Made by a program: the position numbers and the translations under genes. DNA of 64,000 bases from an uncultured Actinomycetes bacterium (GTDB taxonomy: Bacteria; Actinomycetota; UBA4738; HRBIN12). Each line of letters begins with the position of its first letter. Within the stretch, counting starts at the first letter, position 1. Shown here piece by piece: positions 58,928-64,000 of this stretch. Location of the stretch: the NCBI GenBank assembly GCA_963762075.1, contig CAVXJC010000006.1, positions 33,788-97,787 on the forward strand, written 5' to 3'. Below the pieces are notes generated by a model that searched no databases, was not told the origin of the DNA, and saw only the letters and a program-made list of their open reading frames with translations.

Positions 58928-60282
58928 CGCGTCGCCCCCTGGATCTCGAAGGGGCCTGTCGCGGCGAACGTCACGGCTTCCTCTTCGGGCTGGGCGCCGG
59001 GCCCCGGACCTCGGCCCGTGACGGGGCATCGGCCCTCACGGATGTGGGCCTCGTACTCGTCCATGAAGTGCTTCAGCGTCGATTGGATCGGCGAGACGGC
59101 GCCGTCGGCGAGCGCGCAGAACGCACGGAACAAGATGTTCTCGCCCATCTCGGCCATGACCGGAATGTCTTCATCGCGCCCGTACCCGGCCTCGATGCGG
59201 CCCAGCACACGCGTGGCCCACCAGGTTCCTTCGCGGCACGGCGTGCACTTGCCGCACGACTCACGAGCGTAGAACTCGACGAGGCGGCGGGCGGCTTCCA
59301 CCATGCAATCGGTCTCGTCGAGCACCATGATGGCGCCGGTGCCGAGGAGCGAGCCGGCCTCCATGACCGACTCGAAGTCGAGACCGATATCGAGATGGTC
59401 GGCGGTGAGGAACGGTGTCGACGATCCGCCCGGCGTCCAGGCCTTGATCCCCTTGCCGCCGAGTACGCCGCCCGCGTACTCCTCGAGCAACACCCGAAGC
59501 GGGGTGCCCATGTCGAGCTCGTAGTTGCCGGGGCGCTCGACCTTGCCGCTGATCGTGAACATCTTGGTGCCTGGCGCCTTCTCTGTGCCCACTTCTTTGA
59601 ACCAGCCGGCGCCGTTGTTGACGATGTGCGGCACGTTCATCAGCGTCTCGACGTTGTTGATCACGGTCGGCGATTCATAGAGTCCCTCGACCGCAGGGAA
59701 GGGTGGCCGCAGCCGCGGCTGTCCCCTGAACCCTTCGAGGCTGGAGAGCAGCGCCGTCTCCTCGCCGCAGATGTAAGCGCCCGCGCCTCGGTGCAGCACG
59801 ACGTCGAGATCATGATCACTGCCCATGATGCCTGCGCCGAGATAGCCTGCCGCGTAAGCCTCATCTATGGCTCGTTGCAGCACTCTCGCTTGCCACAGGT
59901 ACTCGCCGCGCACGTAGATGTAGGCGAGATGAGAACCGATCGCCTTGGCCGCGATCGCGGTGCCCTCGAGCAGCGCATGCGGCTCGCGCTCCACCAACTC
60001 ACGGTTGTTGCACGTACCGGGCTCGGACTCGTCGAAGTTCACGGCGACGTACGTGGGCTTGCCCGTGTCGCGCGGCACGAACGACCATTTCATGCCCGTC
60101 GGGAACCCCGCCCCGCCACGGCCGCGCAGACCAGAGTCCTTCACGATCTGGATCAGCTCGTCGGGAGTCTTGCCGAGTGCGCTGCGCAATGCCCGGTAGC
60201 CCCCGGCAGCCTCGTATCCAGCGAGCGCGATCACACCCGGGTCGTCCCAGTGAGCCGTGAGCAACCGGCGCGGCCCGCTCAC
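58924..60282 (-). CDS. nuoF: NADH-quinone oxidoreductase subunit F
   Basis: GTG start overlapping the nuoE TGA (GTGA). GLRGRGGAGFPTG FMN/NADH site. CGKCTPCREG N3 cluster. Confidence 0.85.
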   Translation of the reverse strand: MSGPRRLLTAHWDDPGVIALAGYEAAGGYRALRSALGKTPDELIQIVKDSGLRGRGGAGFPTGMKWSFVPRDTGKPTYVAVNFDESEPGTCNNRELVEREPHALLEGTAIAAKAIGSHLAYIYVRGEYLWQARVLQRAIDEAYAAGYLGAGIMGSDHDLDVVLHRGAGAYICGEETALLSSLEGFRGQPRLRPPFPAVEGLYESPTVINNVETLMNVPHIVNNGAGWFKEVGTEKAPGTKMFTISGKVERPGNYELDMGTPLRVLLEEYAGGVLGGKGIKAWTPGGSSTPFLTADHLDIGLDFESVMEAGSLLGTGAIMVLDETDCMVEAARRLVEFYARESCGKCTPCREGTWWATRVLGRIEAGYGRDEDIPVMAEMGENILFRAFCALADGAVSPIQSTLKHFMDEYEAHIREGRCPVTGRGPGPGAQPEEEAVTFAATGPFEIQGATR

Positions 60283-60874
60283 GCGTTCGCCCCGTCTGCG
60301 CGTTCGAGCGCGGCTTCCTCGAGGCCGGCCAGCATGCGCGAGGCTGCCTTGAAGGACTCGACCGCCGGACCCCTGGCAGGCAGGGGCACCTCGCCTGCAC
60401 GGAGCAACTCGACGATCTCCCGCATATGTTCGGGTGAGACGAGGTCGTGGTTGGCGACGTTCACCTGCACCACGGGGGCGAGCTCGCAGACGCCGAGGCA
60501 CTCCTCCTCGTGCACGGTGAACTCACCGTCGTCGGAGACCTCGCTACGCTGGGCGATGCCGGTGGCGTCGTGCGCGGCGTCGTACACATCCCTCGCCCCG
60601 CGGAGCGAACACGAGAGGTTCGTGCAGACCGCGATCAGATGCGTGCCCGTCGGGCGCAGCCGCAACATCGTGTAGAAGCTCGCCACGGCCTCGACCTCGG
60701 CCGTGCGCACACCGATGAGCGTGGCGACTTCCTGCAGAGCTTCCCGGCTGACATACCCCTCGACGGACTGCGCCAGGTAGAGCAACGGCATCACCGCGGA
60801 ACGCTGCCGCCCCGAGGGGTAGCGAGCCATGATCGCGTTCGCCTCGTCGAGCCGCGCGCCCTCGAAGATCTCCA

Positions 60875-60875
<1 letters not shown>
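60279..60875 (-). CDS. nuoE: NADH-quinone oxidoreductase subunit E
   Basis: Thioredoxin-like 2Fe-2S motifs CTNLSC...CLGVCELAP. Confidence 0.85.
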
Positions 60876-62152
<1,277 letters not shown>

Positions 62153-62162
62153 GACGATGCCC

Positions 62163-62684
62163 TCAGGTTGCCGTGCGCGTGTCGACCGGCGGGATGAACG
62201 CTCCGTGGAACCGGGTGTTCACGCCGCCGAGCTCCTCGGTCTTGAGCAACGGGAAGCCTTCCCAGCCATCGGGCATGAGCAGCGGCCTGGGATCGGGGTG
62301 GCCGTCGAACACGATGCCGTAGAAGTCGTGCGTCTCGCGCTCGTGCCAATCGGTGGTCGGGAAGACTGGGGTCGCGCTCGGCAGGTGCGCGTCGGTCTCG
62401 GAAAGACCCACCTTCACCCGGAGCCGATGGTGATGCTCCATCGAGCGGAGCTCGTAGACGACCCAGAACCTCGGGTCCGACCCCGGCCAGTCGGTCGCGG
62501 TGACGCTCGAGCAGAAGCCGAGCGAGAGATCGTCGTCGTCGCGAAGCCACGCGAGCGTCTCGAGCAGCTCATCCCGACCGACGATCGAGGTGACCTCGTC
62601 ACGCGAGACGATCGTGTCCGGGCACCGGGCACGCACCCGCTCGGCAAGTTCCGCCGTGCTCAGCCGAGCAGCGGTCGAGCTCAC
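62163..62684 (-). CDS. nuoC: NADH-quinone oxidoreductase subunit C (complete-operon copy)
   Basis: GTG start overlapping the nuoB TGA (GTGA). [25 protein letters not shown] NuoC signature. Confidence 0.8.
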   Translation of the reverse strand: MSSTAARLSTAELAERVRARCPDTIVSRDEVTSIVGRDELLETLAWLRDDDDLSLGFCSSVTATDWPGSDPRFWVVYELRSMEHHHRLRVKVGLSETDAHLPSATPVFPTTDWHERETHDFYGIVFDGHPDPRPLLMPDGWEGFPLLKTEELGGVNTRFHGAFIPPVDTRTAT

Positions 62685-63199
62685 TTGAACGGCTCCGTCG
62701 TGCGCACCTTCTCGTGCAACTTCAAGATGCCGTGCATCAGCATCTCGGGCTTCGGCGGACATCCGGGCACATACACGTCGACCGGCACGATCGTGTCGAC
62801 CCCTTGCACGATGGCGTAGTTCGTGAACATGCCGCCCGCGCTCGCGCACACGCCCATCGAGATCACCCACCGAGGCTCGGGCATCTGGTCGTAGATGCGC
62901 CGAAGCACCGGCGCCATCTTCTGTGAGACACGGCCCGCCACGATCATCAGGTCTGCCTGGCGAGGTGAGGCGCGGAACAGCTCCATCCCCCAGCGCGACA
63001 GGTCGTACTTGCCCGCGCCCGTCGACATCATCTCGATCGCGCAGCATGCGAGGCCGAACGTGGCCGGCCACATCGACTGCTTCCTCGCCCACCCGACCGC
63101 GCGGTCGAGCGACGTCAACAGCACGCCGCGGCGAACCTCTTCCTCGACCTCTTCAGGCGTCTTGCCGAGCCGGATGCCCTCGAGGCGCTCAACGGGCAC
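62681..63199 (-). CDS. nuoB: NADH-quinone oxidoreductase subunit B (complete-operon copy)
   Basis: GTG start 7 nt after a GGAGG RBS and 6 nt before the nuoA stop. GLACCAIE...GVCASAGG...DVYVPGCPP. Confidence 0.8.
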   Translation of the reverse strand: MPVERLEGIRLGKTPEEVEEEVRRGVLLTSLDRAVGWARKQSMWPATFGLACCAIEMMSTGAGKYDLSRWGMELFRASPRQADLMIVAGRVSQKMAPVLRRIYDQMPEPRWVISMGVCASAGGMFTNYAIVQGVDTIVPVDVYVPGCPPKPEMLMHGILKLHEKVRTTEPFK

Positions 63200-63659
63200 C
63201 GGCGGCCTCCGGGTCGCGCATGGCGGCGGCGAGATCGGCGTCGGCCTGGGCCATGAGGTCGGGCTCCCCCGGGTCGGCCTCGAGCGGCGTGGCCACCGTC
63301 TCTGCCCAGTCGAGCCCGCCCGCACGCCAGACGTAGGCATAGGCCACGAACACCAGGGCGATGAACACCGCCATCTCCACCAGACCGAACAGTCCGAGCT
63401 CACGGAACCGCACCGCCCACGGGAACAGGAAGATGATCTCGATGTCGAAGATGATGAACAGCATCGCGACGACGTAGAACTTCACGCTGAATCGCTCGCC
63501 GCGAGGAAGCCGCACCGGGTCGTTGCCGCACTCGTATGCCGAGAGCTTCACCGGGTTCGGCTTGTGAGGGCGGAACGCTCGCGACACGACCAGCGAAGCG
63601 ACACCGAACACGACTGCCAGCACGGCCATGGCCACGATCGGCAGGTAGTCGCTCAGCAC
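63189..63659 (-). CDS. nuoA: NADH-quinone oxidoreductase subunit A (complete-operon copy, extended acidic C-terminus)
   Basis: [19 protein letters not shown]...YECGNDP. 156 aa against about 120 typical. Confidence 0.8.
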   Translation of the reverse strand: MLSDYLPIVAMAVLAVVFGVASLVVSRAFRPHKPNPVKLSAYECGNDPVRLPRGERFSVKFYVVAMLFIIFDIEIIFLFPWAVRFRELGLFGLVEMAVFIALVFVAYAYVWRAGGLDWAETVATPLEADPGEPDLMAQADADLAAAMRDPEAAGAR

Positions 63660-63675
63660 GCGCGAATCCTATCGG

Positions 63676-64000
63676 TCACGACGCCCTCGCGATCCTCTCC
63701 ATCAGATGGAACAACCGGTCCTGCCGGTCCCCACCGGGGCCATCGGTGAGGTTGGCCATCAAGCGCATCGCGAACCCCATGACTCGCCTGTTCGGCAGCA
63801 GGTGTCGCGTGGCTGCACCCATGATCGCCGGCCGTCCGATGATCTTCGCGAACCCACGCCCGATGCGGAAGTAGTCCCCGTAGCGCTCCTGCAGCAGGCT
63901 CGGATACATCATGGCGATGGCGGGGCGATCCTTCACGAGCGCCTCGTGCACGAGGCCCGCTGCGGTCTCGGCTGTCTCCATCGCGTACGCGATGCCCTCG
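63676..64000 (-). CDS. geranylgeranyl reductase-family FAD-dependent oxidoreductase (partial; 5' end beyond right window edge)
   Basis: The frame stays open upstream of the listed ATG to the window edge. ...EGIAYAMETAETAAGLVHEAL matches the GEGIxYAM C-terminal block of this family. Confidence 0.55.
   Translation of the reverse strand, partial: EGIAYAMETAETAAGLVHEALVKDRPAIAMMYPSLLQERYGDYFRIGRGFAKIIGRPAIMGAATRHLLPNRRVMGFAMRLMANLTDGPGGDRQDRLFHLMERIARAS

Overview
High-GC (about 70%), Actinobacteria-like chromosomal window. The right half (39.1-63.7 kb) is core respiration. It holds two complex I (nuo) operons in tandem on the minus strand. One is a complete nuoABCDEFGHIJKLMN set (49.0-63.7 kb). 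The other is a divergent partial set, nuoABC-HIJKLMN, with no nuoD/E/F/G (39.1-47.9 kb). A polyprenyl diphosphate synthase sits between them, and a geranylgeranyl-reductase-like gene runs off the right edge. Most genes are linked by ATGA/GTGA stop-start overlaps. The left 5 kb is a minus-strand glycan-type operon: GT2 glycosyltransferase, Wzz-like chain-length protein, and three tandem AlkP-superfamily phosphodiesterase paralogs. The third paralog is missing from the ORF track because it has no stop inside the window. Next to the operon is a LuxR-type response regulator whose phospho-acceptor Asp is Gly. Housekeeping genes follow: an ABC importer without an ATPase, and zwf co-operonic with VOC and ClbS/DfsB-like genes. 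Other recognisable genes include yajQ, htpX, a class III aminotransferase plus a PLP decarboxylase, and a zinc-ribbon adenylyl cyclase-AAA-TPR protein. Between about 16.5 and 33.6 kb is an accessory, island-like stretch that ends at tRNA-Tyr(GTA). It contains an internally deleted IS transposase relic and lower-GC intergenic regions. The IS relic abuts an HprK-like P-loop kinase. Nearby are a sulfotransferase with an extra C-terminal domain, a Wzx/MOP flippase, a secreted LamG protein and an AlkZ/YcaQ-like DNA glycosylase. Four genes here carry frameshifts: SagB-type dehydrogenase (three shifts), LamG, sulfotransferase tail, and an SMP-30 lactonase at 12 kb. All core genes are intact. This pattern fits a decaying horizontally acquired island better than random sequencing error. 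I found no CRISPR arrays or rRNA.
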